A stretch of DNA of 64,000 nt from Phoronis australis (GCA_002633005.1 NMRA01000064.1:186001-250000); one strand, 5' to 3'. Positions 25,404-40,983 are shown, counted from the first letter of the stretch. The notes: a model not told the origin generated them from the sequence alone. Translations and numbers: made by a program.

Positions 25404-28400
25404 ATTAGCCTTGAGTGAAGGTGACAATGTCTAAGTCCTACTGGATTGGTTTTGGGATAATTAATTACCCTTACAAGAACTTGCCTAACTCTTTTTAAAT
25501 TACATCTTAAGTTTATTTAATCTGGGATTCAAAGATAGGCTGTAATTGCTATTTGCTTGTATCTAGTGTCCAGGTACGCGATTTCTCCAATTAATACAAT
25601 AGAACAGGTGATATGAGTTTTGAGAAAAATGTGGATTAGTAATTTGTACAGCAGAGTTTAAAATCAGTGAAGAAAGAAATCCTATATTTGCCATTGTAGA
25701 TTTTGCAAAACGTGGAGTTGGATTTTTTAAAAATTCATGATGTTTAGATTTTTGTTGCAAAAGAGAAGGATGTGCTTTGATAAAGGGGCTAATTGTGGTC
25801 TGGGCTGGCACTTCTGTGCCACAGGAGACACTAAAGAAAATCCTTGGAAATGGAATTGCCTGTCTTGATAATTTGAGTAGGATTAAATAAATCTCCGCTA
25901 ATCTCCCTTGGCACATACTATGTGACTGTCCAAGAATGTATGTGACCACCGGTGGGTCTGAATGGCACTTGCAGGTTGACCAGTGGTGCAGGGTTAGCCA
26001 CACCCTAACTGTGGCTCAGTCTCTCTTTGAGAATGGTATGGGAACAATGACTGCCAGAAGGCCAGAGGAGTTATACTGGATGTGGTATTTCACATCATGT
26101 TCACTAATTGTACGTTGCCATGGCAACTTGGAGCCTGTTATTCAAAATGACAATGGGTTGTCATCAGCCCATGTCACTATATGCTAAGTATGTATTTAGC
26201 GTCTTCATTGCATTAGACTTCGTAGACAGGTATGGAGATCCATTTACAAAAGATTGTCACTGTGATTAACTTGTTGAATGAGATCCTCTTTGTTTTCCAC
26301 AAAATGATATTGGTGTGTCTGATACCATTGAAGCAATAAGTAGCATACACCCCAGTCAAGCTATTGAAGAATCATCTCCCAAAAGAATGTCTGTAGGGTT
26401 TGTAGGAAATAATGCATTCCTAGCACATTTCTAGTAGCCACAAATGATGGGTATAGTTTTAGAAATGGACCCACTAATGTAAAGTTTACAACAAAATAAA
26501 TGCTTTTTTAGTTTAGCTCAAGACAAGAATTTTGTTGCCTGTCGTTTTATGTAATCATCATTCAAAACTGAACATTTATACTTTTTTGTTTTGAAAAACA
26601 ACCAAAAGCATTGAAAATAATTAGTCTGGGGCCAAAATCAAATCCATAGGCCTATATTCACCTGCTTAATACGCATTTAACATTGCACTCCATTATCCCA
26701 TTTTTTGTGATTTTGAAAAATGCTCTCAAATTTGAGTCAAATTCAGGTTGTATAATGATGAGCAGTAAAACTAAAGACTGATTGTTAAAATTGAGTGATG
26801 TTATTGCTATGACATAGTATTGAATGGCTGTGCTCCTCATAAACGTAACGAGTGCGTCACTTGTCCTTGGAAGATGAACACCAGCAGGAAAAAGAAATTT
26901 TCATCAACCACCTCAGATGTATAGTATCCTTTCAGAGACTCCTGGTGGTACCATGATTCATACTTAACAGTCTTCATAGTGCCACTTAAGGGCTCCCCAT
27001 TTCCCCCACTTTCGGGGGTGCCAGTTGTGATGGACCGCACATGTGTTCACAGCCTGTGTCTGTATTTCTTCATTTACTGTGCACAAACACAACTGTTGAA
27101 ATGATAAGTCAATTTAATGTTGAAAGGTTTATTACCAAACTGCATATTGTGGAAACTTTAACCTTCCTTGTTTTATGACATCTACACAACACAACCGGAG
27201 CCTTAAATAGACTAAAGGTTTGTCTACCCTATCGTGTGTAAATCAGTGAAAAGGTACTGCAGGTGGTAGCTTTTTATGGAATCTTTGCAACCATTCCACT
27301 GATTGTCAATAAGTTGGCATGAAGAAAAATCACGTGCCAGGATTTTTCATTTAAATATTATTTGAATTATTTATTGATGAAGTTAAAGGAAATGCTGCAA
27401 CTTCTGTTTTTCAAATGCCTAGGAATTTTAAATACAAAAATCAAAGCCAAACATTCTTTATAAATTTATTTAGATTGTAAAATAAGTGTTTTGCATGTAT
27501 ATTTACCATTTATATCCGCAAAACATAAAAAGGTTATGCAGCTCTTTTCCAAAAAATAAATTAAAATCATCTTTGGTAACATTCTAAAGGTTGTAAAGTG
27601 TTGATTATTGCTCAAAACACTGTTAAAATGGTTACAGAAACGTATGTTAAGCTTTCTATGTGATTGAAACTGGAATGAACTATTCAAAACAAAACCAATC
27701 TTTGAGTCTTAAGTGAGAGAAGATGAAACTGAAATTTGTCATGTGTTAAAATTATCCACTTTTCGTGCAATGTTTTAAAAATAGTTTGTCATTGTGCAAT
27801 GATTGTTGAGAGCTATGCATTGCTTGAGATGAAACACTAAAAGTGATAGCTTAGAAGCTTGACTATAAAGGTGTAGATGTTAAACACGGTTGAGTGAACG
27901 TGGCTCATATCTCAAAGTGTTTTGCACTCAGCTTAGGCCTTGATTGTGTAGCTTGACTCTGTTTAATATCCATAATTTAGAAAATCACTTGGAAAATAGA
28001 TGGGTGTAATTAGACCGTTTCCTGATAAGTGCGACTATTAATCGGACTCAATTAAAACGTTTTACGATGATAATATATCAAGATTGAGCCAAGTAATATA
28101 GTTTAATCCCTTGTATTTAATTCCGTGCCAGCTGACGCGTGGCTTAAACCTTTTGTTGAGCCAGTGATAGAAATAACATGGTAACCAGCAAATCAACTAG
28201 CTATTAACGTGGTGTATTTGTGCAACTCTGTTTAGTAGGACCTAGTCAGGCTGTAGTAATCCATCTATTGTTTTTCATGTTTATCTCCAAAATATGACAT
28301 TCACTGACATGTTCGCTATATAAACAAAGTTGTATTTAGTTTTTTAAGCTTTGCAAAGTACACGTTCATTAAATTTTTAATTTCTGCCATTAAGTAGCTC

Positions 28401-30935
28401 AGCTAATCTGTTTTCCTCTGGCTTATGGGCCTAATGCCTTGAAATTGCCAGTTGACGATGATATTTCCTGATTGCATTAGCTGATTTTTTGCTAAAAATA
28501 TTTGCGTCTAAATGTAAAAGTCTATTTAAGCTTTAAAGTATCTTTGTCAAAGTCCTAGCTCAGACATAGGTTTAATTTAATCTTTGGTATTACAAATGTA
28601 ATTCTGTTTTCTAACTTCTTCTGTAAAGGACATGGATCATATCATGTGCGCTTACGTTAAGGGGTGTAATGTAATGAATTAAAGGTAGTACGGTATGTAT
28701 TGGTTTTTTCTACGTGAAGTTTGTGTTGATCAATCAACTTCGTGCTTGAGAGTCAGACAAGGTTTTGTTTTGGAATTTCACCGTTATCAATGTAGACAAT
28801 CTGATATAAAAGCTCAATAAATCTGGCAAGAAATAACAGTATACAAGAATTACAGTTCTAGTGTTCAACTTATTTTCGTTAATTCTCTCTTGAAATGGCC
28901 TCATTGGGGTGTGTTCTGCATAAAACTATGCCAAAGATCATCTGTTCAAGCTAACTAGTTGTGCTTGTACACTGCTGTTGTATTCCAGATAATGCAACAG
29001 ACACGCATTGTTTGCCTCTCCCTAACTATGAATTCCATTACATCTACCAGTGTAATTGTAGCAATGGGAGCCCTGAAGATTAATTACGAGTGTGCGAACA
29101 TCGCCACTTGAGTTGTTCAAAGTTTTCTGTTGCAAGTCTGCATTTTAAGATACAAGGCGTTTTCCCATTGACTTATATCTGCTACTGTTAACAGCAAAGT
29201 TGACTTGGGCTTGGTCATTGGCTTCGGTATTAAGTCAACATCAAAATTTTTACCTAGTGATGCCAGGTTCAGATTAAGGCTAGATAGCTCTTGGAACAGG
29301 CCTTCAGGCTCTTAATTAAGCTATTTTGCGCTTCCATGTGGTAAATTTTTAGTTATCTCATTTCACTTTCTTGTTAGGGAAACTCCGGTCTATAGAAACT
29401 CATCACAACTTCTCGTACCGTTTCTAGTGGCTGTTGTCCACTAGCAACATTGGATTTCCTTTCTATTTCTTTAGATTAAGCACCAGTTGGCATAGTTGAC
29501 TATTGCACGTTAGTATAATGTTTTGCTACCTCCAGCAATTGACCTATCGGCAGACGCCAGGTTTGTGAGTGACAACTTCACTGACCAATCAGAATGCAGC
29601 ATTCTTGACACACCTTCGTTTTCAAGTCGCCATTTTACCTAACAAACAACACGTTTCCGGGTAAAAGTTGTTTGTCTGTCGACTTTTTGCAAGGGCGCAG
29701 AGGTTGTGATAGGTTAATTACCCCCATGGGACAGGTCTTAGTTGTTCCGATGCAGGAGAGTTGTACATCTCTGCACTTTAATCCACTTATTTTCCGAGAA
29801 GTTGTGGTGGCTGTTTAAGTTCGGGAGTTACGCTTTTCCAGTTCCCACTGACTGAAACTCCTCAAAATAAGGGAGCCGCAGCGCTGGTGGGAAAGCGACA
29901 TAAAACCAGGCAGAAGGCTCATGTTATTTCACTTTTAGTCACTTATCCTATCTTTGTTAATTTATAACAGTTTATTCAAATTAACTTTGGTACCTTTTTG
30001 CTTGGCAGTATTGTTTGCAGTTTTCCTGTCCCAAGTTTTTGCAGAAATCGCTTGAAGGTTTTGTGCAAAATTGAAGGTAAAATATCCAGTTTGATCATGA
30101 TTGTAAAAATTACAGACTTAGAACGAGTTCTTAATCCCGATCTTTATTCTTCGCCAATGGAGGTGACATACTATATTCAGTGACCAATGGAGCAGGAATA
30201 AAATGGCCATAGTTAAACTGATTTGGCTGAATTATCTCAGACAACACTTCAACACTCATTTTTATAAACTGTCAACATCCCTGTTGTTGAACCATGTGAC
30301 CTTCAGGCATGGACTTACTCACAAGCTCACCTTGCTCGTCATATAATTTTAGAGTTAAGCATGATGTCCAAAAACAGTGCGCCGGTAATATTTAACCCCA
30401 AAAACTGCATAGGTAAGCAATGATGATATTGTTCTCGGGTATACAAAGTGGATTAGAACATTTAGAAAGCAAATTTTATTTGTATAGTTAGGCCGACTGG
30501 CTGAGATCTTTTGAATTTTTAGAAACTCTAAGGAATTCAATTGGCTGAGTAGTTAAACACTGTTTAATAACCATAGATGTCAACCTGTTTCTGGAAGACC
30601 CAAAAAGAATGCAGACCTAGTGGGCTGTTCAACAACATTACTGGAAATGTTCAAGTCTTCTGCTCTTCGCCTCATTTTCTCTCATACAGTAGATTAGCCT
30701 CGTGGCTTTTTACACCATCTTTGATCAGCACCACACGCCGGTGTCAACCATGTCACATGAGTAGACCTACAACCTAGGTCAACTTGGGCTGGTTACATGG
30801 CTCAACCTCCCAGCCCATGGGAAACCGACCCGACTGACCATTAAAAAATGTAATGCATGTCAGGGTTACCGTATATTGTGAACAGGTGTGGGGTGTGCAG
30901 CTTTCCTAGTTTCCTTTACTCTGTCTGCTGTGCAA

Positions 30936-31143
30936 GGGCTACAACAGTGCAAGGTCATGGCGTGTACCTGGCGAGGGTTAACTTGGGCTGCTAGACTATT
31001 TGGGCTACAACAGTGCAAGGTCATGGCGTGTACCTAGCGTGGGTTAACTTGGGCTGCTAGATTATTTGGGCTACAACATTGCAATGTCAAGGCGTGTACC
31101 TAGCAAGTGTAACTAGGGCTGCTTGACTATTTAGGCTACAACA
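30936..31143. repeat. Tandem repeat, ~66-bp unit, about 3 copies
   Basis: gggctacaacagtgcaaggtcatggcgtgtacct... recurs at 30936, 31002 and 31068. Confidence 0.9.
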
Positions 31144-34100
31144 GCTGTTTCGACATCTTCTTGCAACGAAACTCTTTGTGGAGTCGATGCCTCATTTTCA
31201 GTTACTTTGATCGGAAGACTTGGTGAGGGATCTGTGATTTCTAATAAAACCATCACAACACTACAGGATTTTATTCTGATAAAAGTTAGTAAGTTTAGGA
31301 AGTCGGGAAGTCGGTCCAACCTAAAATAACTTGTGTGTAATTTGCATTTCATGACGTCAATTTGAGATTTTTGTGCCGATAAATAGGTTGATTTTTCTTA
31401 ATCTGACATCATCCAAACTAACTTATTAATGTGCTTTTGAAATTGTCTCATTAGCATTTTGCAGTGTCAAGGTCAGCTATTCATGAGGCAGCAGACGTGT
31501 CAGTTTTTTAAGCTGATTGTTTAAGCAGGGAACCCTCAATAGTTTGCTTTCACTGAAAATAGATCTAAGTGAACTTGTGCAGGTGACACGTTGGTGGATG
31601 CAGGATATCTTAAGGGTGGCCCACCCACAGTATCCAAAGTCAAGACATTTCAAATAGTGCATAGTACATGTACACTGCCATGTTTGGGTCGTGCCTGAGG
31701 GGAAGGCCTAAATTTGTCCGTGTGACCCGTCTTTGCTCATTTTTCATTTACACACGTTGCGAATAATGCAAAGATGATGATTCTGTCAATTCTGCTGACC
31801 ATGGACGCGTCTGCTAACCATGGATGCGTCTGCTAACCATGAACCCGTATGTAAATCCATGTATTGACTATCGCCACTTAACTCCAGCCTCAGTCTTCAA
31901 CCTTGTTACAAAGTCTGTGAACTTTACTGGTCACTGCTGTCTACACAAATCAGATCATTATATCTGTGTTTACACATGAAACAGTACCCATTTAATCCCC
32001 CAATTAAGTTAAATAACCTGTTTTTCATTTTTCTCAGGAAATTTAGGATTATCTCCCCAGAAACTAATGCAGTGTAATCTCACACGAGCCCCCAACTGAA
32101 GCTTTCTAATGATAAGACTTGACAGGGTTTTAGGCCCAGGGCATCAAACATCATTAGCCTAGCATGCTTTGAATTACTTGATCAATTCTTTTTGACCTTT
32201 TGTCTGATTCTTCCATGTTCGAATGTTTCGTTTTATCACCATTATACAATGATATTTTAGAAATGATAAATTTTGAAATTCCGTAAGCTGTGTTCAGACC
32301 AACTTTTACCTGGTTGTAGTTCTTTCTATAGTTGTAACTTTTATGTTACCATTCCGTTTACACTACCAGATGAAACTGTTGTAACCTTAGTTTGTGGTTT
32401 TTAGTCGCTAGCCGTCAGTGCTATCGCCTTCCAATTCACACCAGTTAGTGTCCTGGAGTGTCATTGCTTCCAACCAGATTTGAGGGCAGCACCACCTGCT
32501 GAGTTATAACTTGTGCGCAAGTTCAATGCTGACACAGAAGGTTATAACTGCGCTACAGTTACAACTTTTAAACAGGTTTTAAACTGTTCAGACCGAGAGT
32601 TATAATCTTTAAATGTGAGTTTTAAAAAATTGCTTTTGTGTAAACAGGATAAAAGTAACATGTCAATTTTTATGAAAAGTTAAAATGCTTTAAATGTGTT
32701 TCACGTTTTTATATGTTGATTTTGCTATAAATCTTTTTAAACTATCCCTGATTTTTCATTACCTGTCGCATTCAACAAGTGTGGAATTAAAACAAGATGG
32801 AGACCAATGAAACAGATTGTGACCTCTCCAGAGTATTTATGATAATTTTGCATAATTTGAACGTGTCACATTTTTACACGAGTTACTTAAAGTGTCATTA
32901 AACCCATGCTTTCTGTCAAAAAAATTGATTTACATCACTGACTGTTAGAAAATTTTTCCTAATTCAGTTTAGAAGTGATCTCTTGGGTTGGGAGCAACTG
33001 GCAGTTGGTTATTTGTTCAGACCAAGCTCATAAAATTTCAGGTGTCTTGGTGTTTTGTTGCTTTAATCGAATACATTACTCTGCATTTGTGTCATATTTC
33101 TCTATTTCTATGGTAGTGCACATTTAATCGAGATAATTTCCATTAACTCCATCTGATGTCTGTACGTTGGTTTATAATCCCATCTAGGTCACATCATCTT
33201 GGTAAATTACATTCCTGGTTGCATCTAATGAGAGCCTTTTAGTATCACAGCTTGCAGTCACTCAGGTGAAATTAACTTTGTCCAGTAATTAACTGAAACT
33301 CTAATTTCAGTTCAGTTGCTGGATGTGAAACTCTGATCTCAGTCCATTAGTTTTGTTGTGTGCTGCATCAAATGAGGTTGGGGCTCACCAACACATGGAC
33401 ACCATTGTTTTTTAAATGAGACTTGCTCTTGTTTGAGGAATGTGCCCAACTAGTTGGGAGATCCTAATGAAATTTAAGGTGCTGTCTGTGTGACTTATGA
33501 TAGTGGTTACATCTGTATGGGATTCTGAAGTTGTCAAATGATGTTCTTGCAAGAGTGCTTAGTAATCTGTTCTATTGCTAATAGTGCATTGGGACAGTTG
33601 TACTATAAACTAATACAAGTTGATTCTAAATTATTGTAATTCTTTGGCTTGTTTAGCACACAAATTGTTTTCATCAAATTTTTCAAATGCTATATTATAA
33701 TTAGATTGGTTGGTACAATGTAGATGTCACAAAACAAAAAATTGACAAGTTTCCAACACTTGCAGGAAAGTAATCAGGCTTTGAAAAATTGAAAAACTAC
33801 AATTTTGTCAATTATTTTGGTGCAAAGTAAATGAATGATTACCAAATAATGTTCTGTTTTCAGAGGAGTGGCTATTTTTTGCTAATTGGTGAAATCAGTA
33901 TAGATCTTAAACCCTTTGATCTTTCGAACATTTTCTGTGACATTTCACCTTGGGAACTTAACCTTATTCATAGATTTTCCCCTTCAGTTAATCCCTCTGA
34001 TTGGGTCATTAAGAAAATTTGCTTCATGAAAATTTCAAGTCCAATTTCCCATCCTGACGCGTTAAGTTCTCGTCTAGACTGTTGTCGCGCAGTTGGATAC

Positions 34101-37063
34101 CAACTAAATTAAGGAGCTTATCGCTGCTCGGATTTCGTGCTGTTTTTTCTCGCCTCCTTCGGGGATGACATTAGAAACATTAATTGTGGATTAGCCAAAG
34201 GCTACAAGTTAGCCCCGGGCTAATGAAGCTGTGATATTAAAGATAACTTTTGAGTGCAAAAGATCAGCCCTGTGCTTAATTCTCTAAGACAAGAAGATTA
34301 TGGTTAATGGGCAATTTTCTGGGACTGCCTTTGTTATTTGATTTTGTAGAAAATCTTGGATTATGTTTTACAGCTTGTTGTTTTGTTAGATCATTTATAA
34401 CTGGTTAGTTTACGTCAGTCATATGTTTGCCAAGGTGTTTTGCTGGATTTTGTGCAAAAAGGTAATTTAGTACTATTAAACTAAGATAAATTGTAGTAAA
34501 ATCCTTGCTCGGTCTTCACCAGCTTATTACTTTAATTTAAGAATCTTGCAAAACTTGGTAGTACTAAACTGACTGACCGCTTCTTTATGTGCTAAAATCA
34601 AATGGTTCTATGTGCTATTATTTTGTAAATTGAAATCACAATTCCTTTGAAACTGCACTTAATTTATCTGAGGTGTTTATAGTAGCTAGGTTATTTTGGT
34701 GTTATATGGCAATGATTCATAGCCTGTCCATTTGTAGCCTGTCCAGTCCCAGAAGACCTTACAAGGATCTCCTGTTATTTCGTGCAAAAATCCAAAATTC
34801 CCTATTTAGTTTTTAAAGAGCGAGTCACTGTCTCACTTCAATCCATTCAGGCAGGCACCCCTATAAACTTTTCTCATTTCTTATTGACATGACTTTTCTA
34901 CCCTGGTATTGTGTGTAAATTAGATGGAGAATTTCCATAATTTGTGTAAAGTTGAACTTTACAGTTGGTGATCACCATGCAGCATTAATTTACCTCATGT
35001 CAGACCCAGTCACCAGTTTGTTCATAAAATATGGACTCTTCCTGGAAATAACCACCTCATCACCTCCTGGTGACCATGTCTATTGTGATGAACTACAGAC
35101 CCATGACACAGATTTACTTAAATTTACCATTCATTTCAAGCCCAACTCTATCCACTGTTATCATCTTATTGTTCACCCAGATCAACCAGTCTTTGTTACC
35201 TGCAGATTATACTGGGCCACAGACTATATGTATCCTCTTTGATGTACTGGGGGCTATTCTTCTTCTCATTTTCAATGAATGTCTTCCTATCTAACTCAGG
35301 ATCACTGGTGCCCTAAACTGTTGATTCTTCATATCCCATCAACAGAGAAGTGGATTAGATAACAAGATTTCTCTCTTGTTGATTTCTATTGCTGAAGATG
35401 TTGGACTGATTAATAATTCTTCTGAAGGAATTATCAGTCTTTTGTGGCTGATACAGTAGCAGATAATGGATTTGTTAATATTAGCATGAATTGTTTATGT
35501 TAGTGGCTGTGTCACCTATTCAGAGTAATCTGGGCATAACAGCCTACTTATGGGTTCACTGGTTTGCTTTGGAGCCAGTTACCACTAATCAAAAATGCAT
35601 TAAGATTTATGCTTGCCACCTTTAAGAAATGTTACAGTTTCCGTAGTACGTATGGTCGTTTAATGTGGAAGTAACTGAAGAATTCTTTCAGTTATTTTCT
35701 AAATGGGATCATCTTGTGCACTGGAGTGTTTCCGAATTTGTTTTTATCCCTCCCCTTTGGCTGAAAGGGAAGGGAACACGGTATTAGTGGTATGCATCAT
35801 GCTGTTGCTATGTCCCTGCGTACTTTCAAATAATAACATTCTTCTGTGCACACAGCTACATTTCTGGGGATTTCAACTAAACCTTCAATTATATGAACTT
35901 ATACAGCGCACGGCATAAGGCGAAAATACCCGCTTGTAAATATGAGTGGTGTTTTATTTGCAACTCATATTACCAGATTTAGGCTTGAAAAATGGGACAA
36001 CCCAAAAATTGCCAAATGTGTGTTCATATAATACAAGTGAAGTTAACTTCCTATTCATATTTTACTTTTTCTACTCCTATTTAAAAGGATTTACTCGCTT
36101 TTGTGGACTCTTGCGTATAGCATATACCGCTAACCACCTGAGCAGTATCTATTCTGGTTGTTACTTGATATCCTCTCAGGGCCAGTGCAAACACTCACAT
36201 CTTTTGTCAATTGGAATCCCTGGAGGGAGCAGTACAGTCACATCAATATATTTTTGGTAAAAACTAGAGGTGTATGAACTAACCTAGGTAAACAAAATTA
36301 AGAATTGATATTTCTGATGTTGTCGAAGCTTTGAAGTAGACATGTATAGTGACTTGAAACAGCTATTCAAATGTATCAGTGTTAATTGCACTGTACTGGT
36401 GACAATGTTCACCCCCACAGCATTTTCTTTACAAAATTGTAGGAAATTTTACAATTTCCGTTGTACCTTTAGATACTTACAGCTAGGTTTGCATGTAAGG
36501 TTTGGGTAAAAATCAATATGAGTGGATCTTGAGTGCCGCAAAATAGATTGTTTTCATCCATCGCCGTCCGATTCATTTAATCATTTTCGTTAGTCAACAA
36601 TTTTCGTTGATTACAATTTATCAAAGGCACACATTTGATGGATAAAGTTGACTTTAAAATACATTAACTGTTAGTTAATCAGTATATCATTCTATGCTAT
36701 TTAGTAATTATGGTTACAGCAGGCATACCTTTTGTACTTAGTGTTATATTCTGTGGCCATATGGGTGTCATTATCGATAAAGTGGTGGAGAATGGACGAT
36801 TACTTGTTCGATGATAATCCACTGTGCACTAACGACCACAGGAAGTGGACTGATTGGACCGGTGAAAGAAACAGTTAAAGATCAAACGTTGAAACGCATG
36901 CATTGGTAAACCAGCTACTGTTAATACTAAGAGCAATGGCCACCAATAACGTCTAGTTAGGAGTTTAAAGCTTAATGGAATTATAAGTATTGAGAAGTCA
37001 AGTACAGGGTGTCTCAGAAAACATGCTAACTTGTTGGTGTTATAAATATTGCGAAGTCAAGTA

Positions 37064-37936
37064 CAGGGTGTCTCAAAATACATGCTAACCTACGTGTTAA
37101 TGATTTTGTTCTAATGTTCTGTATTTAAGGAGAGAACTCATTAACAACTAATTACCAGCAGTTAAAGGGAAGTTACTTATTTTGAAACAAAATCAGTAAT
37201 AACAGTGCAGAGTAGTTTTGCAGGAAGTTCAACATTAATAATTGTCTTCGGAAATGTCAGATGTGTTGATTGCACAAATTTCAAGCCATGTTAATAGTAA
37301 ACAACCTCAGCAAAAGCGGAGATCGCTGCAAAGTTGTCTGTGAGATCTGTGGACAGAGTGGATGTGTTTAGAGTTTCTTTAAGGAGACAATTTTCATCCA
37401 CAAATGTAGCCAACAACTACGCGGTGGTTGGCAAACAGGGGTCAGTACAAACAGTAATGGTCACGGATCATAAACCACTCTATACAACTTGATGATCAAT
37501 CATAAATCTAGGAAGGTGACATGGAAATACAATGCAGTGATTTGCTGGTAAACGATGGGGGTCTTGACTTTTTGTTATGTTTGCCTCTGGATTGGGTCCC
37601 CCCATTCAGATAAATATGATCGCATGATGGTTCCCAAAATTGCAAAAAAGGGGATGTTCCTCAAAAACATGTGTTAAGAGCTGTTTTAAAAATAGCTTCG
37701 TTGAAATGCACATATAAAGCACTGTTTCACCGACAGAATATGAAGCAGAAATGAGAGGATGGAAGTATGTGTGTCTAGTTGATCAATAACTTTTGCCATT
37801 AACTTCAAGTTTGGACACATCTTTTCCGAGTTGGAGACTTTGAATATATGTTATTGTAATTGTTAAAATGCGATATTCTAGAGAATATGATCTTTTATTG
37901 TCATGTTATTGGATTGTATCTTTTTGAGACACCCTG
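37064..37936. mobile_element. Non-autonomous Tc1/mariner-type element with terminal inverted repeats
   Basis: ta|CAGGGTGTCTCAAAA at 37064 and TTTTGAGACACCCTG ending 37936 (15-bp perfect TIR). TA lies on the left flank and TG on the right; no intact ORF. Confidence 0.7.
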
Positions 37937-40099
37937 TGGGTAGAAATGTTTTGATAGGTTAAACTCTAGAAGAATGTATAATCTCTTTAATGGTGTGTTT
38001 GTATGCTTCTTACTGTGCTAAGGTATACTATACACTAATGCTATAAGTATTCTGGCAAAATCTCTCAGAATCCCCTGTTATGATGACTAGGCAGAGGCCA
38101 AATTCATCATCAGTGGTTTACCTAGGATGAAGGGTACTTAACAAGAAAGTGCGAAGCCATTCTGTATAAAATTTTGCCGTATGATGATTATAACCAATCA
38201 TTTTTTAATGATACCGTACCTACATTAGCCGTCGTGACGGAGAAACCATATTTTGACTGATTACTTTTGTTTTGTACTGTATTACAGCAACTAAACAACA
38301 ATGCTATTTTATACATCTACGAAACAGGCTCAAATGGCTAAACCGATCAGCGCCATCTTGAGGCTTGGGGACGAGGCTGCGTATTTACTGGACACGGTTT
38401 AGTGATTTTCGGCTGATCATTTTCACCATAGAACTAGCGTACTTTAAAATATTAAGCTACTTACACCAACTCTATATTAACATGATCACAAAAAGTTGTA
38501 TTTCTAATTCGATATAAGCAGGTCTTACTGGTATAAGTGAATATGCAGCAAATTCCACTTTAATGCATTAAATCTGCATTCATTTTTCTCTGACTTAAAA
38601 CAGCTGTAAGCCCATGCACCTTTCATGCAGCAAACTTTTGATTCAGGTCCCTTACCACACTATAAAGTAGATCTGAAGTTGTTCTGTAGTCAAATGACAA
38701 GTGATTTCGCTTTGTCGAGGACGTGCTCCACGCGTAAAATGAGACGCTGTGAGAAACCAACTTGTAGAGCCTGAACTAAAGGAATACCGCATTGTCATTT
38801 CTTTCACAGCCCTGACATCATCTCCGATTTCGTTAGGGAACTATTTGAGACCAATTCCATAGCGGTAAATGGTTTAAATCAAAAAGTGGTTTCCGAGTTG
38901 CAAACTGGATTTATATCCACTTTAAATTACACATCAATCTTTCAATTCATTCCTCGAAATTTTGGTCAAAGTCTCTAATTTTGAAACGGGTATTAATTTT
39001 TAACCTTGAAGAAATGATTATTAAATGTTGGCTAGAGCTCTGTACATTCTTAAAGGGGCTTCATTTGTTTGATTAATATTAGCCATTCAAATGACTGCTG
39101 TGGACACTTATTTCTTGGATGAAATAAAGTTTCATCTAATTTAAAGAAAGACATTTTTTCTAAAGCTCAAATTTTTTTATCTCTTCACTCTTTAATGCTT
39201 GATGATACCTGTGCCCACGATGAAGAGCAATGATACATGTGCTCATAATAAAGAAAAATATGTCTTATTTCTTTTTCTCAAAAAATTTGAATGAAAAACT
39301 AAAATGTCACTATTTCACCATATTGTGCTCGTAATGGCCAATTTCTGTAATTCCACGGTGCCCTGTGATTCTGTGGCATTTACCCATAATCCTTCTCATC
39401 AACAGGGCACAGTTGTGCCCTCCTGCTGTGCTTATCACTATTTTACATTAATTAGCATTAGTTTGCCATTTGTCAGTCTAATGCCAGTTAAGTTTTACTG
39501 TTCAATTGTAATCCAGATGTAAACATTTTACAAAGCTGATTGAGATGTGATGCAGTTTTTCACTTGTCTTTCCTGCTAGGTCAATCATGCAATGTTTTTT
39601 TCTGTCTCACAAAAGAGGAGAGTTGAGTCAGTGTGTGAGAATCTTTATGAATTGTACTCAAAATTAAATGGTTATCTTGTGGAAGTACATACGTTGCCGA
39701 TTATCCGGGAAATAATTTTGTCAAAGCTTGCCCTCTTTTTGCTCAAACGTTTTAAGTATTTACAGTTAACACGACAATGGTATAGAACTTGCACCTGGTA
39801 AACCATTGATTTTTTACAAGTTATCTATGATAAAAAAAGGGAAACTACCTGTTGTCCTCACTCTAAATTAATGAGATTAAATACAATTTGCTTCTTGGAA
39901 TGAATTATGAAGCCTTCACTTGCATTCCGAAGACCCAAGTCACTTGCAAGCAAAGCTGGTGTGATAATATAATGTAATGTATGGTGATATCTCACAAAAG
40001 TATGTGTCATCTCGGGTTTTCAAGTGTTGCATGTATCTACAGAATGCAGCTGTATAGTGTAAGTACTGACAAGTGGTATTTTATCTGCTGTGTTTCCAG

Positions 40100-40291
40100 G
40101 TAAGACGCTGCCAATCCATTGTATCGTGGAACAATCCAGCACAGCCGTAGACAGTCCGGAGAAGCCTAGTTCATCAACTGTTGAGCTGGATAGTTATGCT
40201 ATCGTGTCGAGCTCGACGCTGTTCAACGAGATTGTGCGCGCGGCCATGTTGAAATTAGGCTACACCACCACAGAAGCAGTGGCAGCCACTG
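40100..40291 (+). CDS. dve: dve/SATB-like gene, coding exon 3 (ULD/COMPASS domain, first part; shared)
   Basis: KTLPIHCIVEQ...DSYAIV...LFNEIVRAAMLKLGY...A matches the SATB/Dve ubiquitin-like domain. tttccag| acceptor, ACTG|gtaggt donor, phase 1 to 1. Confidence 0.92.
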
Positions 40292-40983
40292 GTAGGTTAC
40301 TAATGGATACTTGGATTGTAAATATTTTGAGGCACTCTAGTTAAGACAAGAAGGAAAGCGGCCATTTAGGCAATGGTTGTAGTCTTCAAGACAGTCAACA
40401 TGGGAGTCCAACTCAGGCTTCTTTAGTCAGAATGCACTTGTGTTTTAGAATTTTTCATCTTTTGATCCATTCTTTTGTGTTCAAATGAGAGATTTCATTT
40501 AGCATCTTAGATTTTTGTTAATGAAAATATTTGAGATCTAGATAGTCTGCCATTTGACTACATTGAATTTCTGCAGTTTTCACTTAAATGACAAGTTAAT
40601 TAGAAAAACAGATGTTTTGAGGTCATATTTTATGAATGTCCTTGTATCCTTTGTACTGCACAAAGACACTACTCTTGATAACTAAAGACTTTGCAAACTC
40701 ACATAAGTTGGATCCAACTGTTGCGATAAGTTTGATCTAAGTAAATCAAACTATTGATTGACAGGCCAAGAGCACAAACTATAATAAGAGTGGTGCAGAG
40801 ATCTGACTTAAGCAAGCTTTACCATGGCCGTGCCTCTAAAATCCAGCTATGATCCTCTAAAGCTCTCTCTCATACCTCTGATACCAGTTTCGGATTCCTT
40901 ACCTGGACCTATGTCAGGGGTTTGGTTCCTTGGTATAGAGGATCTTCAGACATCTGTATGTCACCCTCTACCATTTTTTACAG

